Shown here in pieces: positions 41,447-53,232 of a DNA stretch of 64,000 bases (positions are counted from its first letter, which is position 1; each line of letters begins with the position of its first letter). The notes under the pieces are model-generated. The model was not told the origin of the DNA, did not search any database, and saw only the letters and a list, made by a program, of their open reading frames with translations. This DNA comes from Phaeosaccion multiseriatum (Eukaryota; Protista; Ochrophyta, other classes): NCBI GenBank assembly GCA_965112735.1, contig OZ218957.1, positions 1,364,001 to 1,428,000 on the forward strand, in the 5' to 3' direction. Position numbers and translations under genes: made by a program.

Positions 41447-44400
41447 GTTTGTGGCCGTGCTGGTGGTCGTACCGGAGCTGCTCACCGGATTGGACATGGC
41501 CACCGAGAAGGCCTCTCCATTGTACTCGATACGATCCACAGACTGTGCGCTCTCTTGCCACAGGCGCACCTCCAGGTTGAGCAGTTCGGATCCGTCGTCG
41601 TCGGACAATGAAACGTCGCCAATCTCACACACCGCCGGCATGGAGTCGTCCTCCATCACCCAGGAAGTGAGGGAGGTGACGTTGAGGGTAGGGGCATCAG
41701 CCACTCCCTTGACGTACATGACCCCTGTGTGGCTCCGAGAGGTGGAGTTGCCTCCATCCATCACGTGGGCAGTGGCAATGAGCTCAAAGTACAGCGTGCC
41801 CGCAAAGTGCGTCGCAGGGAGAATGCTGACTGTGCTGTTCTGGGCATGCCCTCCCAGCCAGCCCGGAAACCACAGCTCGTCCACCAAGGCGTACCGGGTG
41901 CCCGTGTTCCAGCTTTGGTTGCGATCCTCCCCCTCCCCAACCGGGCTGCTTGAGACAATCATTTGCCCATTAAACTCCACCGAGGTGACGTTGGAGGGCC
42001 CTAACCACAGCTCCAGTGAGAGGTACTCATCGCTGCCACTCGCACGGGCCTCCTCGATACCCACCACCACCGCCTCGTCCTCCTGCACCGTCAACCTCAA
42101 ACTGGGGATGATGAGCACTGGCGGTGAAGCTGCTGCCGCCTCCACCTGAACCAGCACCACCGCCACCCGCTCGGCCTCTGAAACCGCCGTACGTGTCTGC
42201 GCTTCATCCTCTTGTGCAAGACTCTCTGAGGTCCGTAGGATGACGGAGGCCGAGAACGAGCCGGGGGAGGCCGTCGTGAGCAGCAGTGTGCCGGAGGAGG
42301 GGAGACTCGAAGGAGTCCACACCAGTCCCTCCGCGAAGTAGTCACATTCACCACCAATATCATCATCCTCATTGTCGTCGTCGTCACCGTTGGCATTTGA
42401 GGCGGACGAAGCAGACGTGATCGACGAAGAGAACATGGAAGTGGCGGCCGAAGAAGAAGCGTTGAGCGAAGTCCCCGAGAAGGAGATGTCGGACACTGCC
42501 CCACACGTAATGCGCAGCACCAGTTGCATCTCCTCGGATCCATCGGTATCCTGGAAAGCCATTCCGCTCAACTCGAGCGTGATCCTCTCACCCTCCGAGC
42601 CATCCCAATGAGTCTCACTTAGCTCAAACAAGGCTGCGTCTGCTCTTGGTGCCACCACGAGCTCGACAAAGACCGAAGTAGAGGCCGTGGAGTCGTACCG
42701 CGCCTCTGAGGAAGTCGCCACCACATCCATATCGAGCACGCCGGACCAGTCGGGAGAGGCCAGCAACTCGATGCTGCCTTCGCCGGCCTCCACCAGACCT
42801 GAGGGCACCGCCACTGTCCACACATTGCTCTCTGCGTCCAGCGTGGCCCCACTGAGCAGATCCTCCCCATCGAACGTCAGCTGAGACACATACGCCATGG
42901 TGTCGTCAGACAGCCGCAGAGCCAGGCTCACGCTCTCGCGACCCCCGTCGGTATCATTTGCACGGACGGAGGTCACCACGATGTCAACTGTGCTGTCTTC
43001 CAGTCCCATCACTGTCGCTGTCTCCAGCTCCAGCACGGGCGCCTGGGCCGATGGAATCACGAAGGTAGACAGCGTCACTGCTCGCTCGGCTGAGCTGCCA
43101 CTTGACGCAAAGTCTACGCCGGCCTCATCCGCGACGGCCACCACACTCAGAGACGAGCTCTTGGTCATGGCCACCCCGAAGGAGCCACTCTCCTCCGTGC
43201 CCAGCATGTACGTCACGCCGGACCAGCTCCCGCTCTCCGTCAACATGCCCTCGAGCTCCACACCGCCCAGCCACACACCGCTCACACTACCATCGGAAGG
43301 CACGCGAAGCTCCATAGACGCGCTCTCCGTTCCGTAAGTGTCAAGAGCCGCCAAGCCGGACCAAGTTAGGTTCACACGTTGGTCCTTCTCTCCGATGACA
43401 GTGCTGTTCACCACCACTACGTCCACCCAAGGGGCGTCCGCCACAGGCACCACCAACACCTCCACAGACACCGAAGTAGAGGCCGTGGAGTCGTACCGCG
43501 CCTCTGAGGAAGTCGCCACCACGTCCATGTCGAGCACGCCGGACCAGTCGGGAGAGGCCAGCATCTCGATGCTGCCTTCGCCGGCCTCCACCAGACCTGA
43601 GGGCACCGCCACTGTCCACACATTGCTCTCTGCGTCCAGCGTGGCCCCACTGAGCAGATCCTCCCCATCGAACGTCAGCTGAGACACATACGCCATGGTG
43701 TCGTCAGACAGCTGCAGAGCCAGGCTCGCGCTCTCGCGACCCCCGTCGGTATCAATGACTGCCACCGCAGCCACGACGATGTCAACTGTGTTGTCTTCCA
43801 GTCCCATCACTGTCGCTGTCTCCAGCTCCAGCACGGGCGCCTGGGCCGATGGAATCACGAAGGTAGACAGCGTCACTGCTCGCTCGGCTGAGCTGCCACT
43901 TGACGCAAAGTCCACGCCGGCCTCATCCGCGACGGCCACCACACTCAGAGACGAGCTCTTGGTCATGGCCACCCCGAAGGAGCCGCTCTCCTCCGTGCCC
44001 AGCATGTACGTCACGCCGGCCCAGCTCCCGCTCTCCGTCAACGTGCCCTCGAGCTCCACACCACCCAGCCACACACCGCTCACACTACCATCGGAAGGCA
44101 CGCGAAGCTCCATAGACGCGCTCTCCGTTCCGTAAGTGTCAAGAACCGCCAAGCCGGACCAAGTTAGGTTCACACGTTGGTCCTTCTCTCCGATCACAGT
44201 GCTGTTCACCACCACGACGTCCACCCAAGGGGCGTCCGCCACAGGCACCACCAACACCTCCACAGACACCGAAGTGGAGGCCGTGGAGTCGTACCGCGCC
44301 TCTGAGGAAGTCGCCACCACATCCATGTCGAGCACGCCGGACCAGTCGGGAGAGGTCAGCATCTCGATGCTGCCTTCGCCGGCCTCCACCAGACCTGAGG

Positions 44401-47400
44401 GCACCGCCACTGTCCACACATTGCTCTCTGCGTCCAGCGTGGCCCCACTGAGCAGATCCTCCCCACCGAACGTCAGCTGAGACACATACGCCATGTTGTC
44501 GTCAGACAGCTCCAGAGCCAGGCTCACGCTCTCGCGACCCCCGTCGGTATCATTGACCGCCACCGCAGCCACGACGATGTCAACTGTGCTGTCTTCCAGT
44601 CCCATCACTGTCGCTGTCTCCAGCTCCAGCACGGGCGCCTGGGCCGATGGAATCACGAAGGTAGACAGCGTCACTGCTCGCTCGGCTGAGCTGCCACTTG
44701 ACGCAAAGTCTACGCCGGCCTCATCCGCGACGGCCACCACACTCAGAGACGAGCTCTTGGTCATGGCCACCCCGAAGGAGCCGCTCTCCTCCGTGCCCAG
44801 CATGTACGTCACGCCGGACCAGCTCCCGCTCTCCGTCAACGTGCCCTCGAGCTCCACACCGCCCAGCCACACACCGCTCACACTACCATCGGAAGGCACG
44901 CGAAGCTCCATAGACGCGGACTCCGACCCATACGCGTCCACCGCCGTGAGAGCGGACCAAGACACATTCACCCGTTGGTCCTTCTCTCCGATCACAGTGC
45001 TGTTCACCACCACTACGTCCACCCACGGGGCGTCCGCCACAGGCACCACCAACACCTCCACAGACACCGAAGTAGAGGCCGTGGAGTCGTACCGCGCCTC
45101 TGAGGAAGTCGCCACCACATCCATGTCGAGCACGCCGGACCAGTCGGGAGAGGCCAGCATCTCGATGCTGCCTTCGCCGGCCTCCACCAGACCTGAGGGC
45201 ACCGCCACTGTCCACACATTGCTGTCTGCGTCCAGCGTGGCCCCACTGAGCAGATCCTCCCCATCGAACGTCAGCTGAGACACATACGCCATGGTGTCGT
45301 CAGACAGCTCCAGAGCCAGGCTCACGCTCTCGCGACCCCCGTCGGTATCATTGACCGCCACCGCAGCCACGACGATGTCAACTGTGTTGTCTTCCAGTCC
45401 CATCACTGTCGCTGTCTCCAGCTCCAGCACGGGCGCCTGGGCCGATGGAATCACGAAGGTAGACAGCGTCACTGCTCGCTCGGCTGAGCTGCCACTTGAC
45501 GCAAAGTCTACGCCGGCCTCATCCGCGACGGCCACCACACTCAGAGACGAGCTCTTGGTCATGGCCACCCCGAAGGAGCCGCTCTCCTCCGTGCCCAGCA
45601 TGTACGTCACGCCGGACCAGCTCCCGCTCTGCGTCAACGTGCCCTCGAGCTCCACACCGCCCAGCCACACACCGCTCACACTACCATCGGAAGGCACGCG
45701 AAGCTCCATAGACGCGCTCTCCGTTCCGTAAGTGTCAAGAGCCGCCAAGCCGGACCAAGTTAGGTTCACACGTTGGTCCTTCTCTCCGATCACAGTGCTG
45801 TTCACCACCACTACGTCCACCCAAGGGGCGTCCGCCACAGGCACCACCAACACCTCCACAGACACCGAAGTAGAGGCCGTGGAGTCGTACCGCGCCTCTG
45901 AGGAAGTCGCCACCACATCCATGTCGAGCACGCCGGACCAGTCGGGAGAGGCCAGCATCTCGATGCTGCCTTCGCCGGCCTCCACCAGACCTGAGGGCAC
46001 CGCCACTGTCCACACATTGCTGTCTGCGTCCAGCGTGGCCCCACTGAGCAGATCCTCCCCATCGAACGTCAGCTGAGACACATACGCCATGGTGTCGTCA
46101 GACAGCTCCAGAGCCAGGCTCACGCTCTCGCGACCCCCGTCGGTATCATTGACCGCCACCGCAGCCACGACGATGTCAACTGTGTTGTCTTCCAGTCCCA
46201 TCACTGTCGCTGTCTCCAGCTCCAGCACGGGCGCCTGGGCCGATGGAATCACGAAGGTAGACAGCGTCACTGCTCGCTCGGCTGAGCTGCCACTTGACGC
46301 AAAGTCTACGCCGGCCTCATCCGCGACGGCCACCACACTCAGAGACGAGCTCTTGGTCATGGCCACCCCGAAGGAGCCGCTCTCCTCCGTGCCCAGCATG
46401 TACGTCACGCCGGACCAGCTCCCGCTCTGCGTCAACGTGCCCTCGAGCTCCACACCGCCCAGCCACACACCGCTCACACTACCATCGGAAGGCACGCGAA
46501 GCTCCATAGACGCGCTCTCCGTTCCGTAAGTGTCAAGAGCCGCCAAGCCGGACCAAGTTAGGTTCACACGTTGGTCCTTCTCTCCGATCACAGTGCTGTT
46601 CACCACCACTACGTCCACCCAAGGGGCGTCCGCCACAGGCACCACCAACACCTCCACAGACACCGAAGTAGAGGCCGTGGAGTCGTACCGCGCCTCTGAG
46701 GAAGTCGCCACCACATCCATGTCGAGCACGCCGGACCAGTCGGGAGAGGCCAGCATCTCGATGCTGCCTTCGCCGGCCTCCACCAGACCTGAGGGCACCG
46801 CCACTGTCCACACATTGCTCTCTGCGTCCAGCGTGGCCCCACTGAGCAGATCCTCCCCATCGAACGTCAGCTCAGACACATACGCCATGGTGTCGTCAGA
46901 CAGCTCCAGAGCCAGGCTCACGCTCTCGCGACCCCCGTCGGTATCATTGACCGCCACCGCAGCCACGACGATGTCAACTGTGTTGTCTTCCAGTCCCATC
47001 ACTGTCGCTGTCTCCAGCTCCAGCACGGGCGCCTGGGCCGATGGAATCACGAAGGTAGACAGCGTCACTGCTCGCTCGGCTGAGCTGCCACTTGACGCAA
47101 AGTCTACGCCGGCCTCATCCGCGACGGCCACCACACTCAGAGACGAGCTCTTGGTCATGGCCACCCCGAAGGAGCCGCTCTCCTCCGTGCCCAGCATGTA
47201 CGTCACGCCGGACCAGCTCCCGCTCTCCGTCAACGTGCCCTCGAGCTCCACACCGCCCAGCCACACACCGCTCACACTACCATCGGAAGGCACGCGAAGC
47301 TCCATAGACGCGGACTCCGACCCATACGCATCCACCGCCGTGAGGGCGGACCAAGACACATTCACCCGTTGGTCCTTCTCTCCGATGACAGTGCTGTTCA

Positions 47401-50400
47401 CCACCACTACGTCCACCCAAGGGGCGTCCGCCACAGGCACCACCAACACCTCCACAGACACCGAAGTGGAGGCCGTGGAGTCGTACCGCGCCTCTGAGGA
47501 AGTCGCCACCACATCCATGTCGAGCACGCCGGACCAGTCGGGAGAGGCCAGCATCTCGATGCTGCCTTCGCCGGCCACCACCAGACCTGAGGGCACCGCC
47601 ACTGTCCACACATTGCTGTCTGCGTCCTGCATGGCCCCACTGAGCAGATCCTCCCCATCGAACGTCAGCTGAGACACATACGCCATGGTGTCGTCAGACA
47701 GCTGCAGAGCCAGGCTCACGCTCTCGCGACCCCCGTCGGTATCATTTGCACGGACGGAGGTCACCACGATGTCAACTGTATTGTCTTCCATTCCCATCAC
47801 TGTCGCTGTCTCCAGCTCCAGCACGGGCGCCTGGGCCGATGGAATCACGAAGGTAGACAGCGTCACTGCTCGCTCGGCTGAGCTGCCACTTGACGCAAAG
47901 TCTACGCCGGCCTCATCCGCGACGGCCACCACACTCAGAGACGAGCTCTTGGTCATGGCCACCCCGAAGGAGCCGCTCTCCTCCGTGCCCAGCATGTACG
48001 TCACGCCGGACCAGCTCCCGCTCTCCGTCAACGTGCCCTCGAGCTCCACACCGCCCAGCCACACACCGCTCACACTACCATCGGAAGGCACGCGAAGCTC
48101 CATAGACGCGGACTCCGACCCATACGCGTCCACCGCCGTGAGAGCGGACCAAGACACATTCACCCGTTGGTCCTTCTCTCCGATCACAGTGCTGTTCACC
48201 ACCACTACGTCCACCCACGGGGCGTCCGCCACAGGCACCACCAACACCTCCACAGACACCGAAGTAGAGGCCGTGGAGTCGTACCGCGCCTCTGAGGAAG
48301 TCGCCACCACATCCATGTCGAGCACGCCGGACCAGTCGGGAGAGGCCAGCATCTCGATGCTGCCTTCGCCGGCCTCCACCAGACCTGAGGGCACCGCCAC
48401 TGTCCACACATTGCTGTCTGCGTCCAGCGTGGCCCCACTGAGCAGATCCTCCCCATCGAACGTCAGCTGAGACACATACGCCATGGTGTCGTCAGACAGC
48501 TCCAGAGCCAGGCTCACGCTCTCGCGACCCCCGTCGGTATCATTGACCGCCACCGCAGCCACGACGATGTCAACGGTGTTGTCTTCCATTCCCATCACTG
48601 TCGCTGTCTCCAGCTCCAGCACGGGCGCCTGGGCCGATGGAATCACGAAGGTAGACAGCGTCACTGCTCGCTCGGCTGAGCTGCCACTTGACGCAAAGTC
48701 TACGCCGGCCTCATCCGCGACGGCCACCACACTCAGAGACGAGCTCTTGGTCATGGCCACCCCGAAGGAGCCGCTCTCCTCCGTGCCCAGCATGTACGTC
48801 ACGCCGGACCAGCTCCCGCTCTCCGTCAACGTGCCCTCGAGCTCCACACCGCCCAGCCACACACCGCTCACACTACCATCGGAAGGCACGCGAAGCTCCA
48901 TAGACGCGGACTCCGACCCATACGCATCCACCGCCGTGAGGGCGGACCAAGACACATTCACCCGTTGGTCCTTCTCTCCGATGACAGTGCTGTTCACCAC
49001 CACTACGTCCACCCAAGGGGCGTCCGCCACAGGCACCACCAACACCTCCACAGACACCGAAGTGGAGGCCGTGGAGTCGTACCGCGCCTCTGAGGAAGTC
49101 GCCACCACATCAAAGCCGAGCACGCCGGACCAGTCGGGAGAGGCCAGCATCTCGATGCTGCCTTCGCCGGCCTCCACCAGACCTGAGGGCACCGCCACTG
49201 TCCACACATTGCTGTCTGCGTCCTGCATGGCCCCACTGAGCAGATCCTCCCCATCGAACGTCAGCTGAGACACATACGCCATGGTGTCGTCAGACAGCTG
49301 CAGAGCCAGGCTCACGCTCTCGCGACCCCCGTCGGTATCATTTGCACGGACGGAGGTCACCACGATGTCAACTGTATTGTCTTCCATTCCCATCACTGTC
49401 GCTGTCTCCAGCTCCAGCACGGGCGCCTGGGCCGATGGAATCACGAAGGTAGACAGCGTCACTGCTCGCTCGGCTGAGCTGCCACTTGACGCAAAGTCTA
49501 CGCCGGCCTCATCCGCGACGGCCACCACACTCAGAGACGAGCTCTTGGTCATGGCCACCCCGAAGGAGCCGCTCTCCTCCGTGCCCAGCATGTACGTCAC
49601 GCCGGACCAGCTCCCGCTCTCCGTCAACGTGCCCTCGAGCTCCACACCGCCCAGCCACACACCGCTCACACTACCATCGGAAGGCACGCGAAGCTCCATA
49701 GACGCGGACTCCGACCCATATGCGTCCACCGCCGTGAGGGCGGACCAAGACACATTCACCCGTTGGTCCTTCTCTCCGATCACAGTGCTGTTCACCACCA
49801 CTACGTCCACCCAAGGGGCGTCCGCCACAGGCACCACCAACACCTCCACAGACACCGAAGTGGAGGCCGTGGAGTCGTACCGCGCCTCTGAGGAAGTCGC
49901 CACCACATCCATGTCGAGCACGCCGGACCAGTCGGGAGAGGCCAGCATCTCGATGCTGCCTTCGCCGGCCTCCACCAGACCTGAGGGCACCGCCACTGTC
50001 CACACATTGCTGTCTGCGTCCTGCATGGCCCCACTGAGCAGATCCTCCCCATCGAACGTCAGCTCAGACACATACGCCATGGTGTCGTCAGACAGCTCCA
50101 GAGCCAGGCTCACGCTCTCGCGACCCCCGTCGGTATCATTGACTGCCACCGCAGCCACGACGATGTCAACGGTATTGTCTTCCAGTCCCATCACTGTCGC
50201 TGTCTCCAGCTCCAGCACGGGCGCCTGGGCCGATGGAATCACGAAGGTAGACAGCGTCACTGCTCGCTCGGCTGAGCTGCCACTTGACGCAAAGTCTACG
50301 CCGGCCTCATCCGCGACGGCCACCACACTCAGAGACGAGCTCTTGGTCATGGCCACCCCGAAGGAGCCGCTCTCCTCCGTGCCCAGCATGTACGTCACGC

Positions 50401-52942
50401 CGGACCAGCTCCCGCTCTCCGTCAACGTGCCCTCGAGCTCCACACCGCCCAGCCACACACCGCTCACACTACCATCGGAAGGCACGCGAAGCTCCATAGA
50501 CGCGGACTCCGACCCATATGCGTCCACCGCCGTGAGGGCGGACCAAGACACATTCACCCGTTGGTCCTTCTCTCCGATGACAGTGCTGTTCACCACCACT
50601 ACGTCCACCCAAGGGGCGTCCGCCACAGGCACCACCAACACCTCCACAGACACCGAAGTGGAGGCCGTGGAGTCGTACCGCGCCTCTGAGGAAGTCGCCA
50701 CCACATCCATGTCGAGCACGCCGGACCAGTCGGGAGAGGCCAGCATCTCGATGCTGCCTTCGCCGGCCTCCACCAGACCTGAGGGCACCGCCACTGTCCA
50801 CACATTGCTGTCTGCGTCCTGCATGGCCCCACTGAGCAGATCCTCCCCATCGAACGTCAGCTGAGACACATACGCCATGGTGTCGTCAGACAGCTGCAGA
50901 GCCAGGCTCACGCTCTCGCGACCCCCGTCGGTATCATTTGCACGGACGGAGGTCACCACGATGTCAACTGTATTGTCTTCCATTCCCATCACTGTCGCTG
51001 TCTCCAGCTCCAGCACGGGCGCCTGGGCCGATGGAATCACGAAGGTAGACAGCGTCACTGCTCGCTCGGCTGAGCTGCCACTTGACGCAAAGTCTACGCC
51101 GGCCTCATCCGCGACGGCCACCACACTCAGAGACGAGCTCTTGGTCATGGCCACCCCGAAGGAGCCGCTCTCCTCCGTGCCCAGCATGTACGTCACGCCG
51201 GACCAGCTCCCGCTCTCCGTCAACGTGCCCTCGAGCTCCACACCGCCCAGCCACACACCGCTCACACTACCATCGGAAGGCACGCGAAGCTCCATAGACG
51301 CGGACTCCGACCCATATGCGTCCACCGCCGTGAGGGCGGACCAAGACACATTCACCCGTTGGTCCTTCTCTCCGATCACAGTGCTGTTCACCACCACTAC
51401 GTCCACCCAAGGGGCGTCCGCCACAGGCACCACCAACACCTCCACAGACACCGAAGTGGAGGCCGTGGAGTCGTACCGCGCCTCTGAGGAAGTCGCCACC
51501 ACATCCATGTCGAGCACGCCGGACCAGTCGGGAGAGGCCAGCATCTCGATGCTGCCTTCGCCGGCCTCCACCAGACCTGAGGGCACCGCCACTGTCCACA
51601 CATTGCTCTCTGCGTCCAGCGTGGCCCCACTGAGCAGATCCTCCCCATCGAACGTCAGCTGAGACACATACGCCATGGTGTCGTCAGACAGCTGCAGAGC
51701 CAGGCTCACGCTCTCGCGACCCCCGTCGGTATCATTGACTGCCACCGCAGCCACGACGATGTCAACGGTATTGTCTTCCAGTCCCATCACTGTCGCTGTC
51801 TCCAGCTCCAGCACGGGCGCCTGGGCCGATGGAATCACGAAGGTAGACAGCGTCACTGCTCGCTCGGCTGAGCTGCCACTTGACGCAAAGTCTACGCCGG
51901 CCTCATCCGCGACGGCCACCACACTCAGAGACGAGCTCTTGGTCATGGCCACCCCGAAGGAGCCGCTCTCCTCCGTGCCCAGCATGTACGTCACGCCGGA
52001 CCAGCTCCCGCTCTCCGTCAACGTGCCCTCGAGCTCCACACCGCCCAGCCACACACCGCTCACACTACCATCGGAAGGCACGCGAAGCTCCATAGACGCG
52101 GACTCCGACCCATATGCGTCCACCGCCGTGAGGGCGGACCAAGACACATTCACACGTTGGTCCTTCTCTCCGATCACAGTGCTGTTCACCACCATGACGT
52201 CCACCCAAGGGGCGTCCGCCACAGGCACCACCACCACCTCCACAGACACCGAAGTAGAGGCCGTGGAGTCGTACCGCGCCTCTGAGGAAGTCGCCACCAC
52301 ATCAAAGCCGAGCACGCCGGACCAGTCCGGAGAGGCCGTCACCTCGATGCTGCCTTCGCCGGCCTCCACCAGACCTGAGGGCACCGCCACTGTCCACACA
52401 TTGCTTTCTGCGTCCAGCGTGGTCCCACTGAGCAGATCCTCCCCATCGAACGTCAGCTGAGACACATACGCCATGGTGTCGTCAGACAGCTGCAGAGCCA
52501 GGCTCACGCTCTCGCGACCGTTGTCGGTATCGTTTGCACGGACGGAAGTCACGACCATCTCCACCACTCCATCCTCCAGTCCAAGTGGTTGAATGGTCTC
52601 CAGCTCCAGCACCGGTGCCTGGGCACTTGGTTTGACGAAGGTCGAGAGCACGATTGCTCTCTCTGCCGTCGAAGAGGTGGACACACAGTCCACTGCTGTC
52701 AACAAGATTGAAACGAACCCCCGCACCAAGAACCAAGAACAAACAAACGTTTGATGTCAATGTTAAGAATAATAGCATGATTTGGGGACGCTCTCCTCCC
52801 GGATGCCCCCCCCCCCCCACTCCGAGTGGAGAGACACTGGAGAGACAATGTCGTGGGAGAGAATGGAGAGGCACTCACCTCGATGGCTCCATGCCCCGAG
52901 CCAGACGAGGGCGAGCCGACTGAGGTTGGCGAGGCCCTTCAT
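24991..52942 (-). CDS. Giant polycystin-1/REJ-like surface receptor or adhesin, 8,598 aa. Exons 52942-52879, 52695-34179, 34044-33732, 33204-32699, 32433-32164, 31872-31446, 31297-30896, 30706-28684, 28265-24991
   Basis: Nine GT-AG exons sum to 25,797 nt with every splice phase matching. Order: signal peptide MKGLANLSRLALVWLGAWSHRAVDC; Ig/cadherin-like repeats (PVADAP, ED, D-x-DGSE); Calx-beta-like domains; PKD/REJ segments (LTLDGGSS...FTWS, LDLDGSSSYDPD...YVWSC, APTSGSLSLTPTTGTSLDTSFTF...WVDD); GPS CSWFN...WSDEGC...VTCSCTHLTDF; PKD1-type EH...S...FTRPQR and 5 TM helices; cytoplasmic zinc-finger array. Confidence 0.92.
25150..25340 (-). repeat. Coding minisatellite encoding GAASVSAS(EAV) repeats in the C-terminal tail of the giant protein
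   Basis: Repeated cactggccgcccctaccgcctcactggcactca units. Confidence 0.8.
26116..27622 (-). other. Array of 18 TRAF-type (C-x1-4-C...H-x3-7-C) zinc fingers, followed by a UBA-like helix bundle (~25940-26040)
   Basis: Counted from CSLGC...HEEEEC to CQC...HLRGC, linked by CP-x-R-x-V-x-C spacers. IGQVMSARACSPAVALCALGESGGNASSA resembles a UBA-like motif; this part of the call is weaker. Confidence 0.85.
28112..30050 (-). other. Polycystin-1-type five-TM membrane domain, with no PLAT domain and no 6-TM channel half
   Basis: TM1 LTVVTTLLALYGLFVLGCVWG; LKQEHRIISVY...FTRPQR then TM2; TM3 LYMAVMATILATPIALVLVLLF; cytoplasmic coiled coil; TM4 AVYVVGLSYAAMCAYYVLAFSVF; Cys-rich loop; TM5 WLGTLILTFFIAFVVTQPLMLLL. 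Confidence 0.8.
30130..30245 (-). other. GPS autoproteolysis motif (C-terminal end of the GAIN domain), HL/T site intact
   Basis: PTCSWFNATSLTWSDEGCTVANYTTNSVTCSCTHL|TDF. Confidence 0.92.
34860..35970 (-). other. Three Calx-beta/Ig-like domains
   Basis: Repeated E-x-G...V-x-L...P...V...P-x-x-L-x-F-x-x-x-x-W/Y...SSD-x-x-Y/F...V-x-V-DDD pattern. Confidence 0.65.
35970..42640 (-). other. About 13 diverged Ig/cadherin-like domains with poly-Ser insertions
   Basis: Recurring domain boundaries (PRADAA, VADAP, PRADPP, EPQPP, LLDTP, PVADVP, VPDAP, PIADPP, PWAEEP, PVVEP) followed by ED and D-x-DGSE motifs. Confidence 0.75.
42640..52690 (-). repeat. Coding tandem array of 12.5 units of 798 bp (266 aa). 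Each unit is two Ig/cadherin-like domains, A and B (13 A, 12 B)
   Basis: Near-identical segments recur at exact 798-bp spacing (43102, 43900, 44698 ... 51880) with few substitutions and no introns. Confidence 0.97.
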
Positions 52943-53232
52943 CCCAGGGCCTATTCGACCTCTACGCGGACCAGACCCCTGCAGGGATCAGAGCAGATGG
53001 CATTGCTTTAATTGTTTTTGCCTGCCTGCGTTATGCGCGCAAGATCCGCGGCTAGGCTACCGGACAGGATTTTCCGTTACCTCTGAATTTCGAGTTTCAG
53101 CCCGGCTGGGTGAAACTGTTGCTTCAAACGACTTCCTCAAACGGACTGGGGTGGCTCCGCACCCACTCCCTTTTGGCTTTCGACTCTTCAAACAAATAGT
53201 ATTAAGGGAACTACTGCGCGGCGAAGAGAATT
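52943..53232. promoter_or_regulatory. Putative bidirectional promoter (290 bp between ATGs) shared by the giant gene and the single-repeat gene
   Basis: Divergent ATGs at 52942 (-) and 53233 (+). No specific promoter element identified. Confidence 0.55.

Noticed and set aside
42619-52460. Many repeated + strand and alternate-frame ORFs inside the array
   Set aside because: They are antisense or off-frame shadows of the GC-rich coding repeat, recur with the 798-bp period and have no independent features.
42640-52690. Tandem array as a CRISPR, satellite or mobile element
   Set aside because: There are no spacers, terminal repeats or transposase/RT motifs, and the units are in-frame protein domains.
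34094-52729. The 6,211-aa ORF taken as a complete stand-alone, bacterial-like adhesin gene
   Set aside because: Its GTG start and its last ~28 codons lie in introns. It is exon 2 of a 9-exon gene with an upstream signal-peptide exon and downstream REJ/GPS/TM exons.
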